Shown here in pieces: positions 1-9,309 of a DNA stretch of 64,000 nucleotides (the first letter of the stretch is position 1; the number at the start of each line of letters is the position of its first letter). The translations under genes and the position numbers were made by a program. The notes under the pieces were generated by a model. The model had not been told where the DNA came from, searched no databases, and saw only the letters and a program-made list of their open reading frames with translations. The DNA is taken from assembly GCA_016181175.1 (NCBI GenBank), contig JACOZV010000002.1, positions 64,115 through 128,114 on the forward strand. The letters are read 5' to 3'. The stretch comes from Candidatus Yanofskybacteria bacterium (GTDB lineage: Bacteria > Patescibacteriota > Minisyncoccia > 2-02-FULL-40-12 > IGHO2-01-FULL-4-A).

Positions 1-214
1 CGCCCTTGAAACCCAGCATACCCGCAGAAGAAAAAGCAAAGATGTTACCATTCGGATCTGTCACAGACACGATGGTATTATTGTATGAAGAAGAAATATT
101 GATTGTCCCTTTAAACACCTGTTTTTTAGATGACTTTTTGGCCGTTCCAACATCTGCCGTGTTTTCGGCAGTCGTATTCTGTCCAGAAGTTGTTATGATT
201 CTTTTTTTACCCAT
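1..214 (-). CDS. rpsK: 30S ribosomal protein S11 (N-terminal part; C-terminus lies beyond window start)
   Basis: Hand translation of the minus strand from the ATG at 214-212 gives [57 protein letters not shown]...[10 protein letters not shown], the S11 signature. The ATG overlaps the rpsM stop by 1 nt (TAATG). Confidence 0.85.
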   Translation of the reverse strand, partial: MGKKRIITTSGQNTTAENTADVGTAKKSSKKQVFKGTINISSSYNNTIVSVTDPNGNIFAFSSAGMLGFKG

Positions 215-600
215 TATGTTTTTTGTGCCGTTGGTTTCCTACCAGAACCCATGGTCTTTCTTACATTACCTCTTGTGGTGCGGGAATTGGTTTTTGTTCG
301 GCCATGGATTGGCAGGCGCCTCGCGTGTCTTACTCCGCGCCAGACACTGATTTCTTTCAATCTTTTTATGTTTTCTGAAACTTCGCGTCGTAAATCCCCC
401 TCAACTTTATAGTTGCGATCAATAATGCTTTGAATGCGATTGATTTCCTCCGAAGTTAGTTCTTTGGCGCGTTTATCTTTCGATACGTTTGCTGATTTTA
501 AAATTATTCGACTATTGGTCGGACCAATGCCGTATATATAGCTCAATGAGTACTCTATTTTTTTGTTGTCTGGAATATTAATTCCTGAAATTCTAGCCAT
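214..600 (-). CDS. rpsM: 30S ribosomal protein S13
   Basis: 128-aa [30 protein letters not shown]...[25 protein letters not shown] has the classic S13 motifs. Gene order is rpmJ-rpsM-rpsK. Confidence 0.95.
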   Translation of the reverse strand: MARISGINIPDNKKIEYSLSYIYGIGPTNSRIILKSANVSKDKRAKELTSEEINRIQSIIDRNYKVEGDLRREVSENIKRLKEISVWRGVRHARRLPIHGRTKTNSRTTRGNVRKTMGSGRKPTAQKT

Positions 601-605
601 GATAG

Positions 606-719
606 TTAGCCCTGACGTTGTTTGTGTTTCGGATTACTGCAAATACAATACAACTTGCCTTTGCGGCGTACCAATTTGCAATTATTACATATTTTTTTTA
701 CAGAAACTCTGACTTTCAT
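606..719 (-). CDS. rpmJ: 50S ribosomal protein L36 (37 aa; not in ORF track because <60 aa)
   Basis: Minus-strand translation gives [37 protein letters not shown], a zinc-ribbon L36 (CxxC...CxxH pattern) that closely matches bacterial L36. It sits between infA and rpsM as in the canonical infA-rpmJ-rpsM-rpsK order. Confidence 0.9.
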   Translation of the reverse strand: MKVRVSVKKICNNCKLVRRKGKLYCICSNPKHKQRQG

Positions 720-831
720 CCCGTTAGAAGTCGCTGCTACGCAGCCTTACGCATAAGTTACAGCTGCACAATAAGACTTTTGATTATTTATTAGTTATGA
801 CTGCAAACCCGTTAGGGCGACTTCTAACGGG
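720..831. mobile_element. MITE-like element, copy 1 (112 bp, perfect 15-bp TIR CCCGTTAGAAGTCGC; TSD TTCAT)
   Basis: Left end cccgttagaagtcgc (720-734) is the exact reverse complement of the right end gcgacttctaacggg (817-831). It is flanked by TTCAT on both sides (715-719 and 833-837). The interior is ~70% identical to copy 5 (54098-54210). It sits between rpmJ and infA. Confidence 0.75.
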
Positions 832-852
832 ATTCATATTTGTGCTTATGGC

Positions 853-1062
853 TTACCTGCGGTAGATGATTCTTCCTTTTGTCCCATCGGGGCTTAGTTC
901 CAGTGTTACTTTATCGCCAATTATCACCTTTATATGGTTCATTCTCATTTTTCCCGCTAAATACGCCAAAACTTCTCTACCATCGTTGAGTTTGACCTTA
1001 AATTTTGTGTCGGGCAAGGCATCTATAACAATGCCTTCTTCTTTTAATTTTTGATCACTCAA
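853..1062 (-). CDS. infA: translation initiation factor IF-1
   Basis: 69-aa ORF MSDQKLKEEGIVIDALPDTKFKVKLNDGREVLAYLAGKMRMNHIKVIIGDKVTLELSPDGTKGRI, an S1-like fold that closely matches bacterial IF-1. Confidence 0.95.
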   Translation of the reverse strand: MSDQKLKEEGIVIDALPDTKFKVKLNDGREVLAYLAGKMRMNHIKVIIGDKVTLELSPDGTKGRIIYRR

Positions 1063-1171
1063 GCTTTTATTTAAATAAAGAAAAAACCAGATTTCACTTG
1101 GAAATCAGGCTATTCTTAACCTTATTCCATTGTTTTTAAGTCTAGCAGAACGCTATTTGCATGTCAATCCC

Positions 1172-2869
1172 CTATTCTTTTTCTATGCTTATTTTAATTC
1201 TTGTCTGATCCTTCGGGATGCTTTTGACCCAAAATGGCGAAAGAGTAATACGGGCTGATTCAACTTCTTTCATGTTTTTAAAGTAATCACGTATGGCATC
1301 TTCTTTCATTCCCTGTATATCTTTGAGTATTTTTTCTTGATCTACTTTAACGGCTGCTTGTCCGGAAACTTGCATGTCAAAAGTCATTGTTGTGTTGTCA
1401 GTATTATTTTGGGGGTTGGTAGAGTTAAGTGTCAGGTTTTTTTCCACTAGTTCCAAATTACCCTTTTGGGAGATATAGTTTTTAATTAATTCTAAAATGT
1501 CAGATTCGCGAAAAGCTAGAGTACTAGCTGTCCCGCCAACTGTTATTTGGAAGTTTTCTACCGCCTCACCAACTTTGGCATTTGATATTGGCGGATCAAA
1601 TTTTATCATGATTGAATCCAGGATTTTTAGTTCGCCTGCCTGATCATTGAGTGATTGTAATATCTTTTCTTTAAGTTTTGCAGTAACAGCTTCCTGTCCC
1701 TTGATAAAATCTTCTTCGGTAACCACTTTTGAGAGTCCGATGACGCCGCCAGTCATTGGTTTTTCAGATTCAGCGTAGAAATCTTCAAACTTCGGTGTTC
1801 CTTCTAGACCGGGCACTGAAAAGGTGGTAGGAGCGATATTATATTCCGGTCCCGGCCTATCGGCATAAACTGCCGATTCAATCACGCCTTCTGTTGCTAC
1901 GGTGCCCGTCTTGGTCGCGGCTGGTACGGTGATAGTCTGGGGGATTCTGAAAATCAAGCCATCTTGTGATTTAAACCTGGTAGTGGCAACAAGACGTTGG
2001 GTCGTGAACCCCTTGTTGTATATAGTGATTTTACCGCTTGCTTTTTGGGCCACATCTTTCTGGCCGGTAGCCTCGAATGTACCGGACTCGCTGTCCTTAT
2101 AGCCAAAGCGCTGGCCGGGTATGCGATTAAAATCAAAATCTACTGATGTTGCCAAACTTGAGGCCGAAATCTTGAGTGGAAAGTTAAGGTCTTGTTTCTG
2201 GGGGCTGATTATTATTCGAGCGCTGCCAAGCGTAGTGTAGAGAACAAGAATTAAAACCAAAACCGCTCCGCTGGCTAGAAAAAATGGAGTTTTCCTGAAA
2301 ATTCCCGAAGCTTTTATTTTTTTTATTCGAGCAGTGTCTTGATTTGTCCGCGCCCAAACGCTTGTTATGTCGCCGGCAATTTTTTCTTCCTTAATTCCTC
2401 TTGTAATCTCCACGTCAAACGGGTTTGTTGTTTCTTCTTTAATTTTTATTGGCCGTTTTGTTTCATACTCTGGTCTTACAATATCTTTTATTACTTTGGG
2501 CATGGTTGTTGTTTTAACGGCTGCCAATTGAATGTCTGGCTCCGATTCAGCGTATTGTTCTACTGTGGTTTGTTCTGATGTACTTATCACTGTTGGACTG
2601 TCGTGTTTTTTGATTTCCGGAGACTTAATCAGCTCTATCTTATTTTGTGAAGCAAATTGTTCAACGATAGGATCGCTGGTCATTATGCTGACATGTTTGC
2701 CGGATGAATCCGCCTCGCGCTTGATGGCGGTGAAATGCTGGGATTGTCTTGCAAGCTTGGAACCCTTGGGAAAAATAAAAATTACCTCTTCAGACTCTGT
2801 ATTTTTGAACAAATCAAAAACCTCGTCAAAATTTTCATTTTTGAGGACATGGATTATTTTGGTTGACAT
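1172..2869 (-). CDS. hypothetical protein with a central transmembrane segment (565 aa)
   Basis: Long ORF. A hydrophobic helix FFLASGAVLVLILVLYTTLG lies mid-protein. No recognisable catalytic motif. It is upstream of infA on the same strand. Confidence 0.6.
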   Translation of the reverse strand: MSTKIIHVLKNENFDEVFDLFKNTESEEVIFIFPKGSKLARQSQHFTAIKREADSSGKHVSIMTSDPIVEQFASQNKIELIKSPEIKKHDSPTVISTSEQTTVEQYAESEPDIQLAAVKTTTMPKVIKDIVRPEYETKRPIKIKEETTNPFDVEITRGIKEEKIAGDITSVWARTNQDTARIKKIKASGIFRKTPFFLASGAVLVLILVLYTTLGSARIIISPQKQDLNFPLKISASSLATSVDFDFNRIPGQRFGYKDSESGTFEATGQKDVAQKASGKITIYNKGFTTQRLVATTRFKSQDGLIFRIPQTITVPAATKTGTVATEGVIESAVYADRPGPEYNIAPTTFSVPGLEGTPKFEDFYAESEKPMTGGVIGLSKVVTEEDFIKGQEAVTAKLKEKILQSLNDQAGELKILDSIMIKFDPPISNAKVGEAVENFQITVGGTASTLAFRESDILELIKNYISQKGNLELVEKNLTLNSTNPQNNTDNTTMTFDMQVSGQAAVKVDQEKILKDIQGMKEDAIRDYFKNMKEVESARITLSPFWVKSIPKDQTRIKISIEKE

Positions 2870-2929
2870 TAGCCAACCTAATTATAACACTTTTAATATA
2901 AACAATAAAAAAAACCGCGTATATGCGGT

Positions 2930-3526
2930 TTAACTTTGTCCAATCAGTTTTTGGTCGGGTTTTTCCATATCGGAAATATCTTGCCTTAAAACTCCAACTG
3001 TTTTTCGGAATTCATAAAACGTTAGAGGCTCGTTGTGAAAAGATGTCCATCTTAAAAAGCATGACTTAATACGAATATAAATGAAAAAACAAACAAGGAA
3101 ACCCATTGTTCCTGCAAAAAATTTAAAACCAAGATACCCAAGAGTATAAGTAGTATCACTTACTAACATCAATGAGCGTATAAATGACCAAAGAGAGATA
3201 GCCGATAACCCCAAGAGATTTAATTTTACAAAGTAGCGTAATGCCATGCTTAAAAGCAAAGATTTAAGAGTCATTTTATACACCTGCAGCTTCGTATTTT
3301 TGTTTTCCACAATGTCTTGGATTCTATAACTGGCTATGCCCAGTTTATTTACCAAAAAAAGTTCTACGGTACGTTTGGCTATTCCTCTGATATGCTCTAA
3401 CTTAGTTTGTCTTTTTTGTTCCAATTCCGATTTTTGTTTTTCTAATTCAAGCCATTTTTTCTCTCGGGCTTCCATTAATGCCAAAGCCAACGGGTCCTGC
3501 TTAAACAAGCTTGTTGAGTTTTTCAT
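2930..3526 (-). CDS. hypothetical coiled-coil/membrane protein (paralogue of 3545-4147)
   Basis: 198 aa. The N-terminus MKNSTSLFKQDPLALALMEAREKKWLELEKQKSELEQKRQ parallels the neighbouring gene's MENQTGLIGQDVLATAIQEAEQEKIKKLELKKQEKKEELEQ. Hydrophobic C-terminal segments. Last gene of the same-strand operon. Confidence 0.55.
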   Translation of the reverse strand: MKNSTSLFKQDPLALALMEAREKKWLELEKQKSELEQKRQTKLEHIRGIAKRTVELFLVNKLGIASYRIQDIVENKNTKLQVYKMTLKSLLLSMALRYFVKLNLLGLSAISLWSFIRSLMLVSDTTYTLGYLGFKFFAGTMGFLVCFFIYIRIKSCFLRWTSFHNEPLTFYEFRKTVGVLRQDISDMEKPDQKLIGQS

Positions 3527-3544
3527 ATGATCCCCCTTTTATCC

Positions 3545-4147
3545 TTATTCAACAAGTTTCTGGCACTTGACTTCCAATTCGGCAATATTTTTTATACAGC
3601 AAGCGATAACTTTAGTCACGAGTTTGCCTAGCGGGGGTATGTTTGGATAAGAGTTCTTGAACAAAGTTTGTAAAACTTTACCTATTGAGTCTGTATTACA
3701 AACCCAATCATAAGCCACGGTAAGCATCGTCATGATTGTAAATGACATAAGCGGAATAACCGGGCTGATTAATCTGGATATTGCCATCCATCCGAGTAAG
3801 AAAGTTAGAGGGAGGGTTAACAAGGTAAATGGTTTTGTCATCCAATATATTCTTCTCCATTTTTTTAGGTCCATGATGACAGAACGCAATACTTTGATTT
3901 TTGAGTGAGTATCGTTCAGTACCCTATCAATATGTTGTGGTGTCATGTCTGCAAGTTCTTTTAAGTATTGCCTGCACAACTGATCAGGCAGGCTATTTAA
4001 ATGGATAATATAATTTTTTTCTTGTTGTTCAAGCTCCTCTTTTTTTTCTTGCTTTTTTAACTCTAATTTTTTGATTTTTTCTTGTTCGGCTTCTTGTATG
4101 GCAGTGGCCAATACGTCTTGACCGATTAATCCAGTTTGATTTTCCAT
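3545..4147 (-). CDS. hypothetical coiled-coil/membrane protein (paralogue of 2930-3526)
   Basis: 200 aa. Charged coiled-coil N-terminus, then hydrophobic helices (FTLLTLPLTFLLGWMAISRLISPVIPLMSFTIMTMLTVAY). Tandem paralogue. Confidence 0.55.
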   Translation of the reverse strand: MENQTGLIGQDVLATAIQEAEQEKIKKLELKKQEKKEELEQQEKNYIIHLNSLPDQLCRQYLKELADMTPQHIDRVLNDTHSKIKVLRSVIMDLKKWRRIYWMTKPFTLLTLPLTFLLGWMAISRLISPVIPLMSFTIMTMLTVAYDWVCNTDSIGKVLQTLFKNSYPNIPPLGKLVTKVIACCIKNIAELEVKCQKLVE

Positions 4148-4161
4148 TTTCCCCTCCTTTT

Positions 4162-4947
4162 CTATGCAATTTGTAATGAGTTAAGCATGCTCTGGAATTT
4201 TTCCAGATTGAAAAGTTCTGCTTTTTCTGTTTTGACTTCCTTGGTTTCCAGCTCGCCATCCTTGACCCGCAAAAGCCACTCTCGGCTTAAAATAATCATC
4301 AGACCGTCAATGACTTTGCTTGGCCGTCTGAAGTCAAAATAATCCCGCAGTTCTTGATGGCTGATATCGTTTGACTCAACCCCGATCAACTGCCGGAAAC
4401 TTAGCCAGCCGTCCTCGGTTTTCAAAATGTGATTCAGTTTTATGTCCATCCTGACGGTTGTCAATTTGGACATTGACCCGCAACAGCGAATACTAGTTTC
4501 TTGAACCAGGTGTTCCCAATGAGCAAATGAGCGCAGTACCGTCATCAATGTTGCATCGCGCGGTTTGAAAATTTCCGCGTATTTCTGCAAGTCGGCAATC
4601 AATGTGGGATGTGAAGGAAAACAAGTCGTTTCATCCCAGGCAGTCGGACAACTTATGAGTTCGTCATTGAGATGGCTAATTAATTTATGTTGAGCTTCAA
4701 GAGCAATGGCTACAACATTAAGAAAATCAGAATTTTTGGTCAAAAGTTTCGAGTTGCCGATGGCAATTTTTGCGCGTATGGAATTGATTAGTAGTTGTAA
4801 CTTCTGCAGGCAGTCCGCATAGTCAATAAATATTGTGTTACCATGTTTCGTAAGCGCAAGTTCCTGGTTCACTACTGTCATTCTTGCTCCCAAATTTTCA
4901 AGGATCTTAGGTTGGTTTAACATAGCACAGATAATTGTTTCCGTCAA
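4162..4947 (-). CDS. hypothetical protein (261 aa)
   Basis: ORF in the tightly spaced same-strand operon (15-nt gap to the downstream gene). No motif recognised. Confidence 0.5.
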   Translation of the reverse strand: MTETIICAMLNQPKILENLGARMTVVNQELALTKHGNTIFIDYADCLQKLQLLINSIRAKIAIGNSKLLTKNSDFLNVVAIALEAQHKLISHLNDELISCPTAWDETTCFPSHPTLIADLQKYAEIFKPRDATLMTVLRSFAHWEHLVQETSIRCCGSMSKLTTVRMDIKLNHILKTEDGWLSFRQLIGVESNDISHQELRDYFDFRRPSKVIDGLMIILSREWLLRVKDGELETKEVKTEKAELFNLEKFQSMLNSLQIA

Positions 4948-4991
4948 ATTAAAAACTCTGGATTTCCAGAGTTTAAGTAAAAGAACAAAAA

Positions 4992-5975
4992 TTAAATGGA
5001 TTCTGCCGTTTGTGTCGGTTTTAGAGCAAGTTTTTCGGTGGTAGCTTGCAGGGTCTTGAGTTTGCCCATAATTCGGCTTTGGCCGGTTTGGAGCAGTTTC
5101 TTTAGGTCTGATGAAGCGATTCTGTAATTGTTAACCAAAGTTGCCGCATCTACCGCCGTTTCAATGGCGTTGAGCGAGGCCTGGAATGTCGCCACTACCG
5201 CATCCTTTGACGCGTACATTGACTGGTTCATGTCAACCATCGTCTGCGCCGAATCACGGATTACCGCAACCGGCCGGTAAATATTAACATAGTCAAAGTA
5301 TTGGCCTACGCCGCGGTGGAAAATTTCCAGTCCGGCGGAACAAACCTTGCTTAAAGTATGTATCAGCTCTTCGCCGATGATAATGTTAGATAGTAATTGT
5401 TCCAACAACTGAATCTTGCGTTTCTCCCGCTCTTCAGGATCTAAGATGCTAAATTCTTTGTCCAGAAGGCGCGCTACTTCTTCATAGATTGGCACGCCGG
5501 CCCGTTCGGCCATATAATGCTGTAACTGTTGGGCATCCCAGTTTTCTTTTTGCGCCGTTGCGATATCAGCCGCCAGATTATCCAGATCTTCAGCTTTGGC
5601 TTGGGCACAGGCAGCAATGTTACGCAATGCGTCCTGCGTATTGTTGACGTTGGTGCGCATTAGTCGTTCAATTAGCTCAAGAACGTCGTATTCCTCGGCT
5701 ATGAATTTCACCATGCCATCGGGCAGTGAGTCGTAGAATTTTCTGGGAATTATGAAATGCAATACCTGTGCCATTAAACTCCTTGTTCTGTCAGTCGGCA
5801 GGTCAAGAGCTTTCTTGACCAGTTTGTTGTTATTCGCCAGTTCTTCTTTGCTAGCGTTCAATGCCTTCATATTTTCTTTCAAAGACCTGTCGTTGGGTGA
5901 TTGGAAGTTTCTCTTATAACTTGAAACGGAAAACTTAGAAGATTGTCTGTTGCTTGGTACAATCATGTTTGTCAT
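4992..5975 (-). CDS. alpha-helical hypothetical protein (327 aa), possibly TelA-like toxic-anion-resistance family
   Basis: Predicted all-helical with coiled-coil character (…DALRNIAACAQAKAEDLDNLAADIATAQKENWDAQQLQHYMAER…). The TelA assignment is a weak recollection of family architecture, not a motif match. Confidence 0.5.
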   Translation of the reverse strand: MTNMIVPSNRQSSKFSVSSYKRNFQSPNDRSLKENMKALNASKEELANNNKLVKKALDLPTDRTRSLMAQVLHFIIPRKFYDSLPDGMVKFIAEEYDVLELIERLMRTNVNNTQDALRNIAACAQAKAEDLDNLAADIATAQKENWDAQQLQHYMAERAGVPIYEEVARLLDKEFSILDPEEREKRKIQLLEQLLSNIIIGEELIHTLSKVCSAGLEIFHRGVGQYFDYVNIYRPVAVIRDSAQTMVDMNQSMYASKDAVVATFQASLNAIETAVDAATLVNNYRIASSDLKKLLQTGQSRIMGKLKTLQATTEKLALKPTQTAESI

Positions 5976-5989
5976 GGTTTCCTCCTTTT

Positions 5990-6442
5990 TTAGTTCGGAA
6001 AATAATAATTATCTTTGCCGTATATTGATTTTAATTTCTTTGTATGAATACGATACCAGAAACTGTAAAGCAAAAATTCATCGTAGCTGTTGTTTCTAGT
6101 ATGTAGGTTAACAAGGTCTATAGCCATCGTTATTAATCCTACCGGGTTGCTGATCACAAAAATAATTTGTATAATTGACCAAAACTTAGAGCGGTCGTAA
6201 ATCTTTTCAGCCAATAATTCTTTTTCTCTTTTTTCCAGACTGTCTACTTGATTTTTAGACAAGCCCTCAAACTTGTAAGCGAGTACGTAAAAAATATTTA
6301 AAAATTCACTTTTTCTATTTTGTATTTGAGTAGCTTGTTTAGCAGTCCGATGTTTTTCTTGCAATTCCCCTAACTTTTTCAAGAATCTTTCTTTTTCAGT
6401 ATTTGCAATTAATTTATTATCCATTGTGGCCCCATTATCCAT
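5990..6442 (-). CDS. hypothetical membrane protein (150 aa)
   Basis: N-terminal charged or coiled segment plus hydrophobic helix FWSIIQIIFVISNPVGLITMAIDLV. 15-nt gap to the next gene. Confidence 0.5.
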   Translation of the reverse strand: MDNGATMDNKLIANTEKERFLKKLGELQEKHRTAKQATQIQNRKSEFLNIFYVLAYKFEGLSKNQVDSLEKREKELLAEKIYDRSKFWSIIQIIFVISNPVGLITMAIDLVNLHTRNNSYDEFLLYSFWYRIHTKKLKSIYGKDNYYFPN

Positions 6443-6444
6443 GG

Positions 6445-6666
6445 CTATCTCCTAAAATATTTCTTGGCTATCAAATATACAGTTCCCACAACTACAGTCG
6501 GCAAGATAAGCCACGACGCGACTATCCACGCAATCCCGATCAGTCCGAAGGTGACTTTTAACGCCACATATCCGCCGATTGCCAATGCGCCAACCTTAGC
6601 CAATCCAGTCCATCGGTTTCTCGGAAAAGATATTGTCCAAGTTTCTCTTTTCGCCAGGTTATTCAT
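6445..6666 (-). CDS. small two-TM membrane protein (73 aa)
   Basis: Two hydrophobic helices, LAKVGALAIGGYVALKVTFGLIGIAWIVASWLILPTVVVGTVYLIA. Overlaps the upstream gene by 8 nt. Confidence 0.45.
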   Translation of the reverse strand: MNNLAKRETWTISFPRNRWTGLAKVGALAIGGYVALKVTFGLIGIAWIVASWLILPTVVVGTVYLIAKKYFRR

Positions 6667-6955
6667 CGTTTTTTCCTAGTTGATTCTTGTTTTTTACGTT
6701 TGCTAATATATTTTCTACTAACAGTTTTATGTTTGAAGTTGCTTGTTCGTGCGTGAAACCCATACTTATCAATTTGTCATATTGATCAAGCAGTTGTTCT
6801 TCAAAAACTTGATAATTAATTTGGGCATTGATTTTGGTTTGGATAAATTTACCCACAGCAAACATTCCAGCCGCAATTTTGATCAGGGGTTTAGCTTTTC
6901 TAAACAGCTGTTCCATATCAACGTCAGTTTTTGAAGTCGTGTTTTTTGGTGTCAT
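6659..6955 (-). CDS. hypothetical small protein (98 aa)
   Basis: ORF in the operon. Helical with one hydrophobic stretch. Confidence 0.4.
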   Translation of the reverse strand: MTPKNTTSKTDVDMEQLFRKAKPLIKIAAGMFAVGKFIQTKINAQINYQVFEEQLLDQYDKLISMGFTHEQATSNIKLLVENILANVKNKNQLGKNDE

Positions 6956-6970
6956 GGTTCCCTCCTTTAA

Positions 6971-7459
6971 TTAGTAACCGTCGTAGTCATATTCCCCATT
7001 TATGGCCTTATTTAATATTTCGTGGCAAATAAAATCCTCGCCGCACATTTTTTGTAGTTTTTTATAGATGCGGCAGTAATTAAAATTGGTAAACCGGGTT
7101 GCCAAATAAATCCACCCCAAGATAGGGACAAAACCAAATAGAATTTCCAATTTTGCCCGTGGTTTAGCTTTCGTAAGAATCAATTTGCTTAAAATTTTTA
7201 GTTTTTCAGGGGTATAGGTTTCTAACTGCTTACGGTCAAGACCATAAAAAGCATAAGCAAACCTGACAAAGCATATTGAAAAATTGATTCTTAAATGGCA
7301 TAATTTTTCGGCTTTTTTAGCGGTTGGGTTTTGTCTCTGCATGTTCATTATTTCTGCCAGAAGTTGTTCTTCAGGTTTATTTGCAATCATTTGTTCTCGT
7401 TGGTTGGTCATCGTTTGTTCTTGGACAGTAGTATTAGCATCTGTCATAATTGCCTCCAA
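6971..7459 (-). CDS. hypothetical protein with C-proximal TM helix (162 aa); first gene of operon
   Basis: TM helix ILFGFVPILGWIYLATRF. Cys/His-containing tail CGEDFICHEILNKAINGEYDYDGY. Confidence 0.45.
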   Translation of the reverse strand: MEAIMTDANTTVQEQTMTNQREQMIANKPEEQLLAEIMNMQRQNPTAKKAEKLCHLRINFSICFVRFAYAFYGLDRKQLETYTPEKLKILSKLILTKAKPRAKLEILFGFVPILGWIYLATRFTNFNYCRIYKKLQKMCGEDFICHEILNKAINGEYDYDGY

Positions 7460-7555
7460 AGTAGAGATTTTTTGAGTATTTTAAAGGTTCAAAACTCACG
7501 GTTGAAAGTATAACTAAAACAATACAAGATGTCAAGTTAAATGGGGTATGGTAAC

Positions 7556-7583
7556 AAAAAAACGGGTTTACCCGTTTTTTTTG
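7556..7583. terminator. bidirectional intrinsic terminator
   Basis: aaaaaaacgggtttacccgtttttttt is a GC stem (cgggt/acccg) flanked by A-run and T-run. It lies between the alaS stop and the operon start. Confidence 0.75.
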
Positions 7584-7593
7584 ATGAAAATTG

Positions 7594-9309
7594 TTAACTA
7601 ATGTCTGCCCTTATCCGCCGAGTACCAGCGGAGATTGATTCTTCTTTTTTTATTTTAAATTTGCCGATTTCGCCGGTGTGAGCAACATGAGGCCCTCCGC
7701 AGAGTTCACGGCTGAATGGCTTATCATCGGAGCCAATTGTGTATACCTTCACAATCGGCGGATATTTGAGTTTGAAGAAAGCCAAAGCGCCTTTTTTGAG
7801 CGCTTCTTCGTATGGCATTTCCCGCGTAGTTACCGGGAGGTCTTGATCAATGGCTTTATTCACGATTTCTTCAACTTGTTTGATGTCTTCGCTAGTCATT
7901 TTGCGTGGGAATGTAAAGTCAAATCTTAAGCGTTCTGGGGTAATGTCAGACCCGGCTTGATGCACTTCTTCGCCCAGTACTTTGCGCAATGAAGCATGCA
8001 GAAGATGTGTTGCGGTATGCAGACGTGTAACCTTGGCCAATTCTTCCTCGCTGCCGGCTTTTAATTCCCCGGTGTCCAATATTAACCCATGTCCGCCAAA
8101 TTTTTTTTCTGCGCCGGCACGTGATTTGGCCTGGTGTTTTTTAAATTCCTCATCAAACGCTTCACGAGTTAGATTTTTGGCTTTTCCTGAATCTTTAATG
8201 CTTTCGTAAGGTAAACCGTAACTCTCATAAAGTTTAAAAGCGGCTAACAAATCAACAATTTCTAATTTATTTAATTCTGCCAAACCACGCGACATCGTTT
8301 TCCAAAATTTTTCGGCTTCTTCTTTGAATACCTCCCGTATTTTATTCTCGTCCAAATTGGCATAGAAATATTTATATTCGTGAATGACAGAGTTCAATAT
8401 CTCATAAAGATTGGCGGTATCATTTCTTTTTACTATGATTCGACGTATCAAACGTCTCAAAACATAGCCCTGATCTTTATTTGAAGGTAAAACTCCGTCA
8501 GAAATAAGAAAAACAACTGCCCTAGCGTGGTCAGCAATGATTCTCGGTAGCCCATTTCCAAAAGCAAAGAGGTCTGTTTCAAAAATATTTTTTTTGTTTT
8601 GGACTGCCATTGCCAGCCGCTCTAGCCCCATACCGGTATCCACGCCCCGCTTCTTTAGGGGTTCAAATTTAAAATCTTTTGTACAATTATATTCATTAAA
8701 AACAATATTCCAAATTTCAACACCTTTAACATATATTTCTGTTGTCGGTCCGCAGGGACCCTCGTCTCCGGTGGGACCCCAAAAATTATCACGCAATCCA
8801 TTTATTCCTTTTCTCGCCTCTATTTTTATGTTTGGGTCAATTTTCTTCCAAATTTGTTCCGAATCTTTATCTGTTGGCACGGGGTCGGCTTTAATTTTTT
8901 TTAATTCAAATATCTCATGCGTGTCTGCTCCGCCAAATACCGAGATATAATCAATCTCTAACCCCATTTCCTTGGTGATAAATTCATGGGCGTATTCAAT
9001 CGCTTCTTTTTTCCAGTAACCGCCGAAACTGAAATTCCCGAGCATTTCAAAGAAAGTAAGGTGCGATTCGTCCCCCACCTCGTCTATATCAGAGGTACGG
9101 ATGCATTTTTGGATGGATGCGGCGTTGAGAGAACCAAAATCTTTCATCGGATCGGCTTCGCCGGTATAGTATGGTTTGAACTGCTGCATGCCGGCGGTAG
9201 TAAAAAGCACCGATGGATCATTCGGCAAAAGCGAGCTTGATGGAACAATCTTGTGTCCCCTATCTTCAAAAAACTTTAGGAATTTTTTGCGTATCTCAAG
9301 GTGTGTCAC
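7594..9309 (-). CDS. alaS: alanine--tRNA ligase, short form (571 aa: catalytic, tRNA-recognition and editing domains; no C-Ala domain)
   Basis: N-terminus IRKKFLKFFEDRGHKIVPSSSLLPNDPSVLFTTAGMQQFKPYY is the AlaRS class II signature. The C-terminus has editing-domain motifs HTATHLLHASL and CGGPHV. GTG start at 9309. Confidence 0.85.
   Translation of the reverse strand: MTHLEIRKKFLKFFEDRGHKIVPSSSLLPNDPSVLFTTAGMQQFKPYYTGEADPMKDFGSLNAASIQKCIRTSDIDEVGDESHLTFFEMLGNFSFGGYWKKEAIEYAHEFITKEMGLEIDYISVFGGADTHEIFELKKIKADPVPTDKDSEQIWKKIDPNIKIEARKGINGLRDNFWGPTGDEGPCGPTTEIYVKGVEIWNIVFNEYNCTKDFKFEPLKKRGVDTGMGLERLAMAVQNKKNIFETDLFAFGNGLPRIIADHARAVVFLISDGVLPSNKDQGYVLRRLIRRIIVKRNDTANLYEILNSVIHEYKYFYANLDENKIREVFKEEAEKFWKTMSRGLAELNKLEIVDLLAAFKLYESYGLPYESIKDSGKAKNLTREAFDEEFKKHQAKSRAGAEKKFGGHGLILDTGELKAGSEEELAKVTRLHTATHLLHASLRKVLGEEVHQAGSDITPERLRFDFTFPRKMTSEDIKQVEEIVNKAIDQDLPVTTREMPYEEALKKGALAFFKLKYPPIVKVYTIGSDDKPFSRELCGGPHVAHTGEIGKFKIKKEESISAGTRRIRADIS

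Noticed and set aside
6-350. 114-aa plus-strand ORF
   Set aside because: Antisense to rpsK and rpsM, whose products have unmistakable ribosomal-protein sequences. Its translation is low-complexity and hydrophobic.
4029-4259. 76-aa Arg/Lys-rich minus-strand ORF
   Set aside because: Overlaps two better-supported genes out of frame. Low complexity.
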